Of a stretch of 64,000 nt of DNA, positions 49,291 to 62,419 are shown one piece after another (within the stretch, counting starts at the first letter, position 1; every line of letters starts with the position of its first letter). Source of the stretch: Somniosus microcephalus (lineage: Eukaryota). Made by a program: the position numbers and the translations under genes. The DNA lies in assembly GCA_052327205.1 (NCBI GenBank), contig CM126219.1:46128001-46192000 (forward strand), given 5' to 3'. The notes below the pieces were generated by a model. That model saw only the letters and a program-made list of their open reading frames with translations. It was not told the origin of the DNA and searched no databases.

Positions 49291-50370
49291 GGTTGGGGAG
49301 TCTAGAACCAGGGGGGTCACAGTCTCAGAATAAGGGGTCGGCCATTTAGGACTGAGATGAGGAGAAATTTCTTTACTCAGAGGGTGATGAATCTTTGGAA
49401 TTCTCTACCCCAGAGGGCTGTGGAGGCTCAGTCGTTGAGTATATTCAAGACAGATCGATAGATTTTTGAATATTAAGGGAATCAAGGGATATGGGGATAT
49501 TTCAGAAAAGTGGAGATGATGTAGAAGATCAGCCATAATGAGGCAGAAATTCCGTTCCCTACGGGTGTGTACGCGCTGTGTACTCGCCCGTCGGGCCAAC
49601 AGAAACGCCGGTGTTAGGTATGCACTGCGCGTGCGCTGGAAACCGGCATTTCCGATCTGTCAAGAAAGGTCTTGACAGACCCTCTGCCTGCCCGGGAGAA
49701 GGGCCTCTGCGGGTGGAGAGTTCCGTTTTTGGAGACCCTCCGCCCGCAGAAAACACTTACAATTCTTGCGCCTGGTAAAAGCAGGCATAAGGCCTGCTTT
49801 TACCAGGATGAGTTGAAAAAAGTTTTAAAAAATTTCCACTGATTTATATTTAAAAAATACTTTAAAGAAAGGTAAGTTTATTTTTAGCCGCATTCAAAAC
49901 TTTAATAATTTTTTCAAAAAATAAAATTGTTGTTTAAAATACTTAATTTATTTAATTTAAAGTCATTTTAAAAAGGTGATTAAAAAAAAAAATTATTTAA
50001 TGTTTTCCTATGTTTTGGGGGTGATCTCTATTCATATATTTGACAGGTCTTCCTGTCCAATGTATGAAGGGAGATTCCCTTCTCTGATTGGTTCCCCATG
50101 GCCCACGTGATCCCAGGGACGCTGTGAACTGCCTGCGCCACTGGGATACGTGGGCCCTGCGCACCGGCAGTTTGGAGAGGCCCAGCAATGGAACTCTGCA
50201 CCTCCCAGGAGCCCTCCGGTCTTGGCGCAGATCTTTCCGGATTGCAGCCCTCTGCCCGTGGGAGGCCTGCGATCGGAATTTCTGGGCCATTATCTTATTG
50301 AATGGCGGAGCAGGCTCGAAGGGCCAAATGGCCTACTCCTGCTCCTATTTCCTATGTTCTTATGTTCTTA
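49291..50370 (+). mobile_element. CR1 3' fragment split by a MITE
   Basis: 49291..49539 and 50289..50370 join to give gatcagccat.atcttattgaatggcggagc as at 10130..10160. Confidence 0.85.
49540..50288. mobile_element. Harbinger-type MITE inserted in CR1
   Basis: GAGGCAGAAATTCCG / CGGAATTTCTGGGCC ends; colinear with 33547..34279. Confidence 0.85.
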
Positions 50371-50834
50371 TAAGTCAGTCACAATCTTTAATTTATGAAC
50401 TGTCATCATCAATAATGAAGGAAGAAAAGTGCAGGAGCATCAAACCTGTTTTATTCTGTTCCAGGCAAAGCTTGGACACGATTGACTACAAATTATACAA
50501 ACAATTGCAGCCGGACACCCCATATAATTAAATACATACCGCTCTGAGATATGAATCTCTCAGGACTACAATTTATAAATTGGGGGAATTTTGTTAGTGA
50601 AATAATGTCCATTTCAACGACACAAAAACTGCCATGCTTCACAATTACACAAGCTTAACAGTTACAAGTGAATGGTAATCTTTATCACCCAGCTCCTGGC
50701 CTTTGTTGGAAAATGGTGTTTTACATTTCTGAAATATATCATTTTAAGTTGTTTTCCCTGCAGAACTGGAATTAAATGCTTTAATCTCGAAGTTGTGAAA
50801 CATTATGGTTAAAAAGGTAAAGATTAAATATGGT

Positions 50835-51536
50835 GGCCTAGAAATTCAGTTGGCGCCGCGCCAGGGCTTTAGCGCCGGAAATTTAGCGCCGGCGCTAAGT
50901 CCCCCTGCGCGCGCCAAAAATTCAGTAGCGCCGCGCCCAAACGGCTGCCGGCGCTACAGGAGGGTGTCAGCGCCTCGAAATGGGCGCTGACTGCCGCATT
51001 GCGGCGCAATTCCGGCGCTGTGGCACCCGATGCGGTGCGGCAGGCTGGGGAAGTGCAGGCCTCCTCCTTCAGTTAAGGAGGAGCTGCCTGCACCCGCCCG
51101 CTGGCCGTTGAAATCTTGAAAAAAATGAGCCCGGCACCTCGGAGAAGTGCCGGGCTCGCAGGCCAGACGCATCTGTTCCGTGGGGGGGGGGGGGTGGAGG
51201 AGTCCGGGGAGGGAGGTGCGGGCAGGCAGCCGGCGGGAAAGCGGCCGGCTGCCGCGCGACCTTAATGCGCCGGCGCTAACTCGCGTAGGACTCTGCTGAA
51301 ACATCATTAGTTGCGGCTGCCACGGGCGAGGCGGCCGCAACTCAATTTCGGCGTTGGGGCCCGTCACCACGGCAACCGGGACGCTGCGCACACCGATGAC
51401 GTCATCGGTGCCGGCGCAGCGCAACCGGTCTAACGCCGATGGCAGGGCCCCACTGAATTTACAAACCGGCCATAACTCCGGCGCTAGGCCCTCTAGTGCC
51501 TCAAATGGGGCGCTAACCCTACTGAATTTTCAGCCC
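50835..51536. mobile_element. GC/CpG-rich Harbinger-type MITE
   Basis: GGCCTAGAAATTCAGT / ACTGAATTTTCAGCCC ends; TSD GGT on both sides. Confidence 0.8.
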
Positions 51537-52367
51537 GGTATGTCTCCAAATATTCTGATATAAGTTTGTTTTTCAATATAAAGAATGCTTTATACACTCC
51601 CAGATACTATGAATAAGATTTCCAAATGTATTTTTATTATTGTAGGAATTGCCATTGAAACCTTGCTGTTATAGAATGAGTGACTCCTGCCTTCCATTTA
51701 AACTGTCTATAGGTCTACCACAATGTACACATAGATAAGCCAAGTCCAAAACAAAATAATGAGATAGGTGGGGTGCAGCAGATAATACAGCTGCTCTCAG
51801 TATAGTACAATGTAATTTTCTTTTAATCTATTCAAAAAATATAAATATTGTAAATGTTCAGACTAATTCTTGCTTTACCTTTTCACTTTTTGTTTTACTG
51901 ACAATGAAAAGAGAACTTCCTTTTAACAGCAAGCTTTTTCAATATCTGCTTGGAAGTTTCTTTCTAAAGACCAGAGCTGGTTTCTTTAAGTCAACATCCG
52001 ATTTTTATCCGATGCATTCACATCTTTTTTTCGTTCTGCCTGTTTAACATGAACAGGTTTATTATTCCTCCTAATTCTGGCAAAGCAGAGCTAACTAAAA
52101 CTGTTTAATGTGGTTCTAAAAACCTGCCCAACCCTCCCCACAGCCCACCTTTATGTTGCTCCACATCCTAGTTATCCATAATGACTTGTACCATTTTCAA
52201 TCTTCAATGGTTCAAAAACACTTGGTTGTTTTTTACAAGAACTGTGAGATAAATGAGACCTAGAGAATGACAAGGAAAATGGATACTTCCAACATCTTAA
52301 GAACAACAACAAAATGAAGTGAGTAATCAAAACAGGGACATCAAATTATCAAGCATAAAGACTTCCT

Positions 52368-52766
52368 GAATCATAGAATCATACAGCACAAAAGGAGGCC
52401 ATTTGGCTCCAATTGAAGAGCTATCCAATTAGTCCTACCACCTTGCTCTATCCTCATAGCCCTGCAAATTTCTCCTTTTCAAGTATATATCTAATTCCCT
52501 TTTGAAAGTTATTATTGAATCTGCTTCCAGTACCCTTTAACAGATCATAACAACCCACTGTGTAAAAAAATTCACCTCATCTTCTCCCTGGCTTTTTCAC
52601 TAATTATCTGTGTCCTCTGGTTACCGACCCTCCTGCCAATGGAAACAGTTTTTCCCTATTTACTCTATCAAAACCCTTCATAAATTTTGAACACCTCTTT
52701 AAAATCGCCCCTTCTCAGCTTGAAAGAGAATAATCCCATTTTATCTAGTCTCGCCACATAACTGAA
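52368..52766 (-). mobile_element. CR1 LINE 3' fragment, degraded
   Basis: Reverse complement of the 10990..11385-type sequence with a gaatcatagaatca tail. Confidence 0.8.
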
Positions 52767-53444
52767 TCCCAAGTAATGTCTTTTCCGTAGGATCTATCAA
52801 ACAAAAGTTTAGGATTAGAGTAGTGGAACTAAAATTTTGTAAATTGTGCCTTGTGTTGCATTGTGTATGGAAAGAATCTCATGCAAGGTTTACACTGACT
52901 GTATTAAATAAATTGTTTAAATCCTGACTCTGGACCTCGTGCCTTATTTGAACTGGAATACACTAAAACCAAACTCAGTTAAGGTTCAATTTCATATTTT
53001 GGTGTAGATGGCAGGATTAAGCAGACAGTAGTTTCTATGACTTACAATGTCCTCATACATGAGACAATGAACAAACAGCTCATTCCTACATTATCAAATA
53101 TACCAACATTGAAAATTCGTGAGATTAAAACTGCGACTGAAGAGAACATAGAACAGAAACTCACATTATCCGAGATTATCAAGTAAGCTTTCTCTATGAT
53201 CATTTACAAAAGTTGAAAAAGTGCCACATTGTTTATGGAAATGCATAATATGTTCGTAGACTCAAATATTTTCACAGGGAAAAAATGAAATTAAATGTCA
53301 TCCAATTTTACAATATGATACACGTCTAAACTAAATTTATGATTATAAAAACATTGGAAATAAGCAAACTTGAACTGCAACAAACAGTAGATTCCTGCAT
53401 AGTTCTGTAGTATTTCAGCAGCTTTTCCCATAAAAATAGGCAGA

Positions 53445-53657
53445 ATGAAAAATTGCAAATGCTGGAAACCTGAAACAAAAGCAGAAAATGATGGAAATAC
53501 ACAACAGATCAATCAGCAGCTGAAAATGAAACATAGGCTCGTGCTTCTGGTAGGATGTGCCCCACCTGTAAAGTTAATCTATCCTTCTGTTTTTAGATGC
53601 TCACGAACATGCTGCACATTTGCAGAGTTTCCTATTTATGTTTTAGATTCTATTTGA
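53445..53657. mobile_element. Inverted pair of Penelope-like terminal fragments
   Basis: Left arm is antisense and right arm sense relative to 38320..38418. Confidence 0.45.
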
Positions 53658-54042
53658 AAAGTTCAATCCACCAGAGCAGAATGAGCTGTTGTCGTCTTGG
53701 TGGCGTCACACTAACAGTATCCATTACAAAAATGATGCATCACCACAATTAATAAACACAGCTTATTAAGAGAAATAATGTGGAAAAGCAAGGCGTTGCT
53801 GGAGCTGAGAGAATGTTTGCTGTCAGGGCTATTGTGTTTAATATTGGATTTAATAATGACTAGTGTAATATAGCTCATAGTTAAAGGTATTATATGTCAG
53901 TGTGTTTGGCAAGAGATACTAAAGGACCTGGCTGATCTGTGCTTTAATCCTTACTGTTTATTGTAGATGGTAACAAGGAGCACATGACCACCTATTCCTA
54001 ATAGAGTTTGAAGATAATCAATTCAATCGTAACTTTATTCAT

Positions 54043-54446
54043 GTCCCACTCTAGAGACTTGAGCACAAAAATCTGGGCTGACTCTCCAGTGCAGTATTGA
54101 GGGAGTGCTGCACTCTCGGAGGTGCCATCTTTCGGATGAGCCGTTAAACAGAGGCCCTGTCTGCTTTCTCAGGTGGATGTAAAAGATGCCATGGCACTAT
54201 TTCGAAGAAGAGCAGGGGAGTTATCCCTGGTGACCTGGCCAATATTTATCCCTCAATCAACATCACTAAAACAGATTATCTGGCGATTATCACGTTGCTG
54301 TTTGTGGGAGCTTGCTGTGCGTAAACTGGCTGCCGCGTTTCCTACATTACAAAAGTGACTACACTTAAAAGTACTTCATTGGCTGCAAAGCACTTTGAGA
54401 CGTCTGGTGGTCGTGAAAGGCGCTATAGAAATGCAAGTCTTTCTTT
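54043..54446 (+). mobile_element. Deu-SINE, well preserved
   Basis: Retains several CpGs; complete body and tail. Confidence 0.88.
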
Positions 54447-55157
54447 ATTTGTGAAATGGGAAGAAATAGGAGTATGAATGGTTCTCCAGATTGTTCAGTT
54501 GTAATATTGTAATTTCCCAATATTTCGGGCAAATGAGGACATTAAGGTGACTTATTTGAACCTCTGTGTATAAATGTACTGTACTTGTCATTGATGACAC
54601 ATTGTAGTTAGTTGTCTGTGTACTTGGAACCTACATCACAGACCTTCCATTCTAGTTTAAACCATCCTTGTTTGCAAACTCTGACCATGTCTGTCTCTGC
54701 ACCTGGACCTGGCCTGAGGTGTGATCAGTTACATTCACACGCCCTTGATGAATCTAATCCACACTAAGAGGCACTCAAAGCAGTTGGTATCTTATTCCTC
54801 TTTAATTATTGCTTATCTTTAGAGCTGACACATTCACTTTATCCACTTTTTAGAAGTGCAGATTTGGGTAGGGATTAAGGACCACAGTTCACTATCTTTG
54901 GTAACCTTATTACCTTCTAGCAGTTAACCTAACAAATTGCTAGGAGGCTTGGAATCTCACTTTCTACTCAGCTTTCTCCTCAGTACAAATAGGTAAGTGG
55001 ATTAGCAAAGGGAAGGATAGGTTTTCTACTCCTTAACGCAAGGACCTTTTTTAAAAGATCAAGTATTCTACTTACAATCTTAAATGCCAGGTTTGGGGAA
55101 GGGGCGGGGGTGGGGGGGGCGGTGATTCTGGGTGTCAGTAACTTTGTTAATGGCTTA

Positions 55158-55207
55158 ACATCCTCGTTTAAGTCATCCTCGGTTCCGAGGGACTGCCTAA
55201 GAAGAAG
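55158..55207 (+). mobile_element. 50-nt 5'-truncated non-LTR (RTE-like) insertion
   Basis: Perfect 10-bp TSD TAATGGCTTA (55148..55157 and 55208..55217); small hairpin tcctcgg/ccgaggg and (aag)n tail. Confidence 0.65.
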
Positions 55208-55861
55208 TAATGGCTTATGACATCCAGAAAAACAGTGTTATGCACAGCCAAACAGTCTTTGGTGTGAAAGAGGGTTTCCAATTATTGATGTGGGCTTAAA
55301 ACAGAGGCAATAGTTTCTGAAAATGTTGTAAAAACAGAAATTAAGGCCAACATTGGGTGGGTGGCAGCAATTAATTGCTGCTATTCTAGTTTCCAAACAT
55401 TGAAGTGGTTTACACCATGTCAGCAACACATCGAACTCAGTGCTGGCTGTAAGCGCCACTACACTGGCTTTATAATGGGCTTTATAAATCAATACACCTG
55501 ACATAGGATAGCAAAGATTACTGTTATATATGATTGTTTGCTTTATGCACATTTTCTGCCTCAGTTACTACGCATAACTAATACTCCTGACTGTGACATA
55601 GCCCCTCTGTGAGCATAGAAGAGATAAATATAGCCAAGAAAGAGCTAGAAAAGCCTATAAGAAAAACAGAGTACCAGCCGTGAAGCTGAAGATCGCATGC
55701 TCCTCTGATTTTTTTGGGGGTAGATCCACTGCCCAATGTGGGATTGAGCCATATGGACCAGAAGGGCTCCAAGTTAGATCACAGGTTATTCAAAGGTGGT
55801 TGATTTCAACTTGTCTTTAACAGTGTCTTCAGCACCTTGGCCATGATACAACTGCTAGCAC

Positions 55862-56390
55862 AGTCATAGGAAAATAGGAACTGCTAGACAAAGAAAGGTC
55901 CAATCAGTTCACCTTCTACTATCTTGGTAGTCATATCATACAATGATAATGGAGTTGTTGACTAATCATAGCAATCATTCTCTACAACAGACACAAAAAT
56001 GACATGAGGAAACCCCTAGTGGATGAGCTTTGGGAACCATAGTGCAAAATTGTCTTTTACCTCCCAAGCCTTGCTACACTTACCACATGTCATGTCTCAA
56101 ATTACTCATTACTGTATCCTAAAATGTTATTTTCTGAAAGAAATCTATCTAATTTGCACTTGAATGAATCCTCCTAGGAAGCCTGTTCCATAGATTGACC
56201 ACTCGCTCACTGATGTTTCTGCAGTTTGCTCCTCTTCAAGCGCAGGCTGTTTTTTCTGGTTATACTGTTCTGGACAAGGTGAAATAACTTGTCATAGACT
56301 ACATTATCTGGTCCCTTTGGAATCCTGAAAACAGCAATCATATCACCTCACAACCTTCTCTTTCCAGTGAGAACATGTCCAATTTAGATC
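55862..56390 (-). mobile_element. Old CR1-like LINE 3' fragment
   Basis: Minus-strand remnants FSLERE..GDMIAVFRI and RVVNLWNRL. Confidence 0.55.
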
Positions 56391-56976
56391 ATTAGTCCTG
56401 TCGTCACCAATAATTACCCTTTGTTATTTAGTCTTGTTTATTACCATGACATCTCCATGAATAGGTAACTGTAGATGGGAATCAGTTTGATTTTTTACTA
56501 CCCATTTTCATTTGTGATGAATTAGAACTCTGAAAACAACCCTCAAGGTACTCTTCTTCTTATCGTCCATCCCTTTTATTATGAAACCACAATTTAAATG
56601 GTCTGTCATTAGGAAATCTTGCCAAATTCCTACCTCGTACAGTCAGAATGCATTGTTCCAAGCCAAACTTTGACAGGCTTCATGAAGAATAATTACTGCA
56701 ATTTACTTTATATTTTATTTTCCAAAGCAATAGCCAACTTCTTATCCTTGTTTCAAAGTCCTCACTTCTAATCTTTCATTATATTGCTTAATGCCTATTT
56801 AGCCTGTTAACCACATCAATGGAATATGTCCCTGTCTGCAAATAAATTAGAAAGGGAACATTTACACTCTTTGAAAACAAAATCTAGTTATTTGTTATGG
56901 ACCTTGTCAAGAAATTTAAAAGTAGTACAAAACTAAATTTTCTACTTATGAAGAATCTTGTTTTTAAAAAAGTCAA

Positions 56977-57695
56977 GTGGTAGATTTTCCGCTAGGTTGT
57001 GCTGGTGCAATTTACCCAAAATCGGCCAAACCAGCGCTAAAGATCGCGGAATTTCAAGCGCAAGTTACGTTCAGCGAAAATCGAGTTTCCACGATCTTTT
57101 GCGCTGGTTTAAAAAATATTGTGCTGGAAGCCGACCCCGCCCACAAAACTGGCCACGCCCCCAGATCGAATTATTCACCACGCTGAGTTTTTGCTTGTTT
57201 GCGGGAACTTCGATGAGGCTCTTAAAATTAAGCTTGATTAAGAGCATTAAGAAGCACCTTTTAAATAAATATTAACAAATATTTAATGTACTAAGAAACT
57301 GACTAGTGTCCACCAATGAAACTAGTAAATGGTTCTGTATAGATTTTTTATAGTCATTTTATGTTATTTAATAGCAGGTTGCTCATAGGTGATGGACTAG
57401 ACACTCTTATTAAAAATGCTTATTTTTCACAATAAACCTATTTTCAGCTGTATTAATAAAATTGCACCAGGTTACCACTCTTAAATATATCAAGGAATAC
57501 TTTTTAATGCAAAAAAACCTTACTTTCTAAAACATTGTCTGATTGCGGTGGTCCACGGATGATTTTACGTTTGCGATTATGCAAATGAGTTTGAGCAGAA
57601 ACATGAACCATAAAATCAATTCGGAAAACTAATGCAATTTTGAGCGCAATTTGCACCCGGATTGCCACTTGCGCCCAAAGCAGAAACTCTACCCC
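56977..57695. mobile_element. Harbinger-type MITE with AT-rich core
   Basis: GTGGTAGATTTTCCGC / GCAGAAACTCTACCCC ends. Confidence 0.65.
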
Positions 57696-58175
57696 ATGCC
57701 ATATGTGTATTCGTTTTGATGTTATTGAAACAAAAATACTTATGATGAGCAATTAAACTCCCCCCTCATTTCAGCAGGCCTGCTAAGGTCAGTTATTCTA
57801 GGGATCATTGCTTTGTTGCTCTCAAAAACCCATAGAGGAACACTAGCTATATCAACCATTTAGCTCAGGTTTAACAGAACTAAGATTGCTATATTTGGTT
57901 AAATGAGTCCTATTGTTAGATATCCATTTGGATCAAAATTAACAATGCCAGAACTTTCTGATTTATGACAATTAGCAACATTTACTGAAAGATAACCATC
58001 CTGTGACATCTTTATGTTGGATTTTTGGTGGCTTTGATCTTTTTTCACATGAGCAAATCATTGGAATCATTTCAATGAAAACATTAAAAAATGTAATGAA
58101 TTCCCCTTGAAGGAGTACATTTGTACATAGTGACTGGATATTGCACTAGTGAATGAATAACCATACAAATTCATT

Positions 58176-59025
58176 GGCCTGGATTTTGCAGTCAGCGGCA
58201 AATGAACGGCACTTGCCCACAGACTTATTGTGGGCTTCGGAGCAGCAATTTACAGTCATCGGGAGTCTGAAACAGCGCGGCGCCCTCTACAGGGGATCTG
58301 GGGCCTGTGTGAACAGGAAAAGCAACAGCGTGTCTTCTCAACCAATCAGATTGAAGAATCCTTACTGAGCCATGCAGAGTCTAAACCAGGAAGTGTAAGT
58401 TAGAATACTTAATTCAATGTAAAATCACGTACAGAAAGCGAAATAAAGAGAGGGAAGGAAAGATAGGATTAAGAGAGAGATGAAAGTGACAGAAAGAAAA
58501 AGTAAAAAAAGTTTTAATTTAAAAAAAATCTCCAACAAAAATTACATTCTGAAGGAATGAGACTCCACACTTGTAAAAGTGAATATTCAGTGCCAGAGAA
58601 AGAAAGAAAGACTTGCATTTATATAGCGCCTTTCACGACCACCGGACATCTCAAAGCGTTTTACAGCCAATGAAGTACTTTTGAGTGTAGTCACTGTTGT
58701 AATGTGGGAAACGGTTGTTTGGTATCACGCCATTAAAAAATCACTTTCACTTGAATGGACAAGCCCCAACTTTTTCTGGCTTGTTTAGTGGGTATCTAGT
58801 GGGTAAATACCGCAACTTCACGCCCTTTGTGTTTGAATGCCGAGTCTCTCGGTGAGGTACCGATGTAGAGAAACTTGCGGAGGAGCAGGGCAACTCAGGA
58901 CAGCAACTTCCAGATTTCCGCATTTAACTGCGCATGTGCGGACGCGAAGGTTGCTGTCCGATTTACTCCTTAATAATGGTGAGCGCCGACAGCCTCACCG
59001 TTATGCCTACCGCAAAATCCGGGCC
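58176..59025. mobile_element. Harbinger-type MITE containing a Deu-SINE tail (58598..58711)
   Basis: GGCCTGGATTTTGC / GCAAAATCCGGGCC TIRs with further subterminal symmetry. Confidence 0.8.
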
Positions 59026-61496
59026 AATTATATGTGCCTAATACTAACATTTAAAGGGTTCTTATTATATTGATGAGTTACTTGAATTTCTGATTGGTCC
59101 GGCACCTCCATGGAGGTGGCAAAGGCCTCACCATGATTGGAATAAAAATGTACATATGCTGCAGCTGTTGCTCCTGTGGAGCCGCATTAATAGAATGTAT
59201 TTCAATATATAACACATCATTGCCATAACTCTTAGCACTGTATTACTATAATTAAAATTAATTATTATAGTTCAGCGGTCTAAAGCACTGAAACCTAATC
59301 TAATTCATTTTTGATAAACAAGCATGAATTGTGCCATTTAATAAGTGTTTTACATAAATTGTTTTGGATTTGAGAAATTAGTTTACCAATCCAAACTATC
59401 ACAGCAAATCCAGTTCTCCAAATAGTACTTGAACGCACTGTAGGATTGTGTGTACAATTAAAAGCATTCCAAGTACGAGCTTGAAATTGTTTCTGTCATG
59501 CAGTTGTAATGCACAGTAATGCTCTGGGGAGTTAACTTCCTGCTCATTGAACCTGTGTTGAAGCCTTTTCAAAGGCAGCATATTGTTTCCATGTAAGCTG
59601 TCATTCTTAATGGTAAGAAACTGTTATGCTAAAAATAAAACCGAATAACCAAATTAACTTACTTACAAATCTGTAACTATTGCACCCCTTATACCACAAA
59701 GTTCACTGCAGAGTAAACGTATCAAACATTGTTGTGGAAACCTTTCACACTGGCACCATACACTTGCTTTGCCTGCAACTCCAAAACCAATAACCTGTAC
59801 AGTAGAAATGCATCCCAGGCTGGCTTCAGAGTCCGCCTTTATCTGCACCAGTTATTTCCAATCAACAGGGGGTGCTAGTGTGACGATGTGATGTCATTGC
59901 ACTGCGCCCCTCCATCCACTCCACTGGAGCTGGATTTGAAAGTCTGAGCTCTTCAGCAATGTAAACATTGCAGACCTTGGACTTTACCTTAGCAATTCCT
60001 GGAGGAAGCTGCACAGTGTGCTTTAGGTTGTAACTATCAAATCCAGTGAAACTCCGTGCAAATTCTAACGTAGCTTTTTCTTCAACTAATTTTGAGATTC
60101 TGACTTATTTTTAATCAATACTTTTACTTCAATTATAAAATGAAATCCTAACACAAAAATTGAGTAATATGCCAAGGCTTTAGTTTGAAATACTAATTTC
60201 AGCTATTCAGAAGGCATGCTATAAGTTTGGTGCAGTGAAATGGCATATAGACTTTGTATGCTCTGTTCTGTGGTTAAATAGCATAATCAAAAATATTAAC
60301 TGCTAACTGGTGAACATCTCGTGAATAAGAGTTAAAATTTCTCTCTGCCAAGCATATTCAAACCACGATTTACTGCACAATGCTAACTGGTTCACTCCAG
60401 CAAGCAGGAGAGGATTAGCTCATCCTTCAGCTTCAAGACAATGGACCTTGTACCTATAGCAGACAGTACAGCAATTGTTGTTCAGTGTAACCCTTTTATT
60501 CGGAGAAACAAGACCAGTGTCAGATGTATTGATATTTCCCACGCCCAGTCTGGGATCAGTTCCCTGTAAATGGTTGTCTCCTGACAGGGCAAATCAAACA
60601 GATACTGCTGCCAAGGACAACACCATTCACACACTGGCCAGTTTTCACAACTGACACTTTCCAGCAAGATTCGGGAATATTTTGTTATTCTCGTGAGACC
60701 AACCAATGTTCTCAGACCAACTTTTATAGTTTGGGTTGGTTTTTTTTTGTTTCAGGTTATAAAATGAACTGCAGTAGTTTAACTGTCTAAGCCCCAAACA
60801 TTAAATCTCCAGCAATTTATTATATGTGGCATGGGTCTATTTATGCACTTCAATTTTCTTTGTTATGCTCCTGAACCAGAGCATTTTAAATCACAGGATG
60901 ACCTGAAGAGTAACAGTGTACATAATTCTAAATACAGTGTTTTCTTATCAATCCAAGCAGTTAATTCTTGCTCAGCATTCTTGCAAAATAACTATCACTG
61001 CACAAAGGGTTCACGTTAATCATAATAATTCTAAAGTATACATATTGGGAAATGTACCATAGAGTCCTTTCTCTGGATTTTTTCAAAGACAAAATCATTA
61101 TATTGTACCAGGGTACTTATCACATTTACGTGATATTTGTTCAGGATGGATTTATCATATTTAGATCTAAGCTCCACCATCGTAAATATTTACATTACCC
61201 CCAAGTGTAATATTTTTAGTATTTAAAAGTGCATTTACACAGAAACAGGATATTTTGCTTAGGATTTGCATCACGCTGAACCCTGTATGATTATCAACAT
61301 CCAAAAAATGTATTGGATTGTAAAAACAATTGAAGAAATATACCATTGATATTATTAACTGAATATCATTGCTATCATGAAGTAAAAAAGCTACAATGTT
61401 CTGCACAAAGTTATTTTTTGGGAGAAACCAAAGAGGCAATGGCCACAGCACAGAATGCCAGTCGGGCTGAAAAGTATAAGACTAACTAAATCAGGT

Positions 61497-62419
61497 GTCA
61501 ACTTTGGTTCAAAGGTAGTGCTCTTGCATCTGAGTCAGAAGGTTTGGTGTTTATTCCTCACTCCAGAGACTTGAGTACATAATCTAGGCTGACATTTCAG
61601 TGCAGTACTGAGAGAGTGCAGTACTGTCAAAGGTGCTGCCTTTCAGATTAAATGTTAAACTGAGGCCATGTCTGCCCTCTCAGGTGGACATAAAAGATCT
61701 CATGGCTTTATTTGAAGATAAGCAGGGCGTTCTGCTGGTGTCCTGGCTAGTATTTATCCCTTAACCAGTGCCATTGAAACAGATTATCTGATCATTAATC
61801 TCATTGTTGAAGGGGTTGTCTTATGAGGAAGGGTTGAGCAGGTTGGGCCTATACTCATTGGAGTTTAAAAGAATGAGAGGGGATCTTATTGAAACATATA
61901 CGATTCTGAGGGGGCTCGACAGGGTAGATGCAGGAAGGATGTTTCCCCTCGTGGGGGAATCTAGAACGAGGGGACATAATTTCAGAATAAGGGGTCACCC
62001 ATTTAAAACGGAGATAAGGAGGAATTTCGTCTCTGAGGGTCGTGAATCTTTGGAATTCTCTACCCCAGAGAGCTGTGGAGGCTGAGTCATTGAATATATT
62101 CAAGGCGGAGATAGAAAGATTTTTGAAAAACAGGGGAATCAAGGGTTATGGGGAGCGGGCAGGAAAGTGGAGTTGAGGCGAAGATCAGATCAGCCATGAT
62201 CTTATTGAATGGCGGAGCAGGCTAGAGGGGCCAAATGGCCGACTCCTGCTCCTAATTCGTATGTTCATATGTTGTTTGCAGGACCTTGCTTAATGCAAAT
62301 TGGCTGCCATGTTTCTTACATTATAACAGTGACTATGTACCATAAGTTCTTTATTGGGCGTAAAGTGCTGTGGGGCTTCTTGAGGCTGTGAAAGGCGATG
62401 TATAAATGCAAGTTCCTTC
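61497..62419 (+). mobile_element. Deu-SINE interrupted by CR1
   Basis: Full head at 61497; the body resumes at ~62270. Confidence 0.82.
61810..62269 (+). mobile_element. CR1 LINE 3' fragment
   Basis: LKGLSYEEGLSRLGLYSLEFKRMRGDLIETYTILRGLDRVDAGRMFPL. Confidence 0.92.

Noticed and set aside
50954-51424. 156-aa GC-rich ORF
   Set aside because: Lies wholly within a GC-rich MITE where stop codons are rare.
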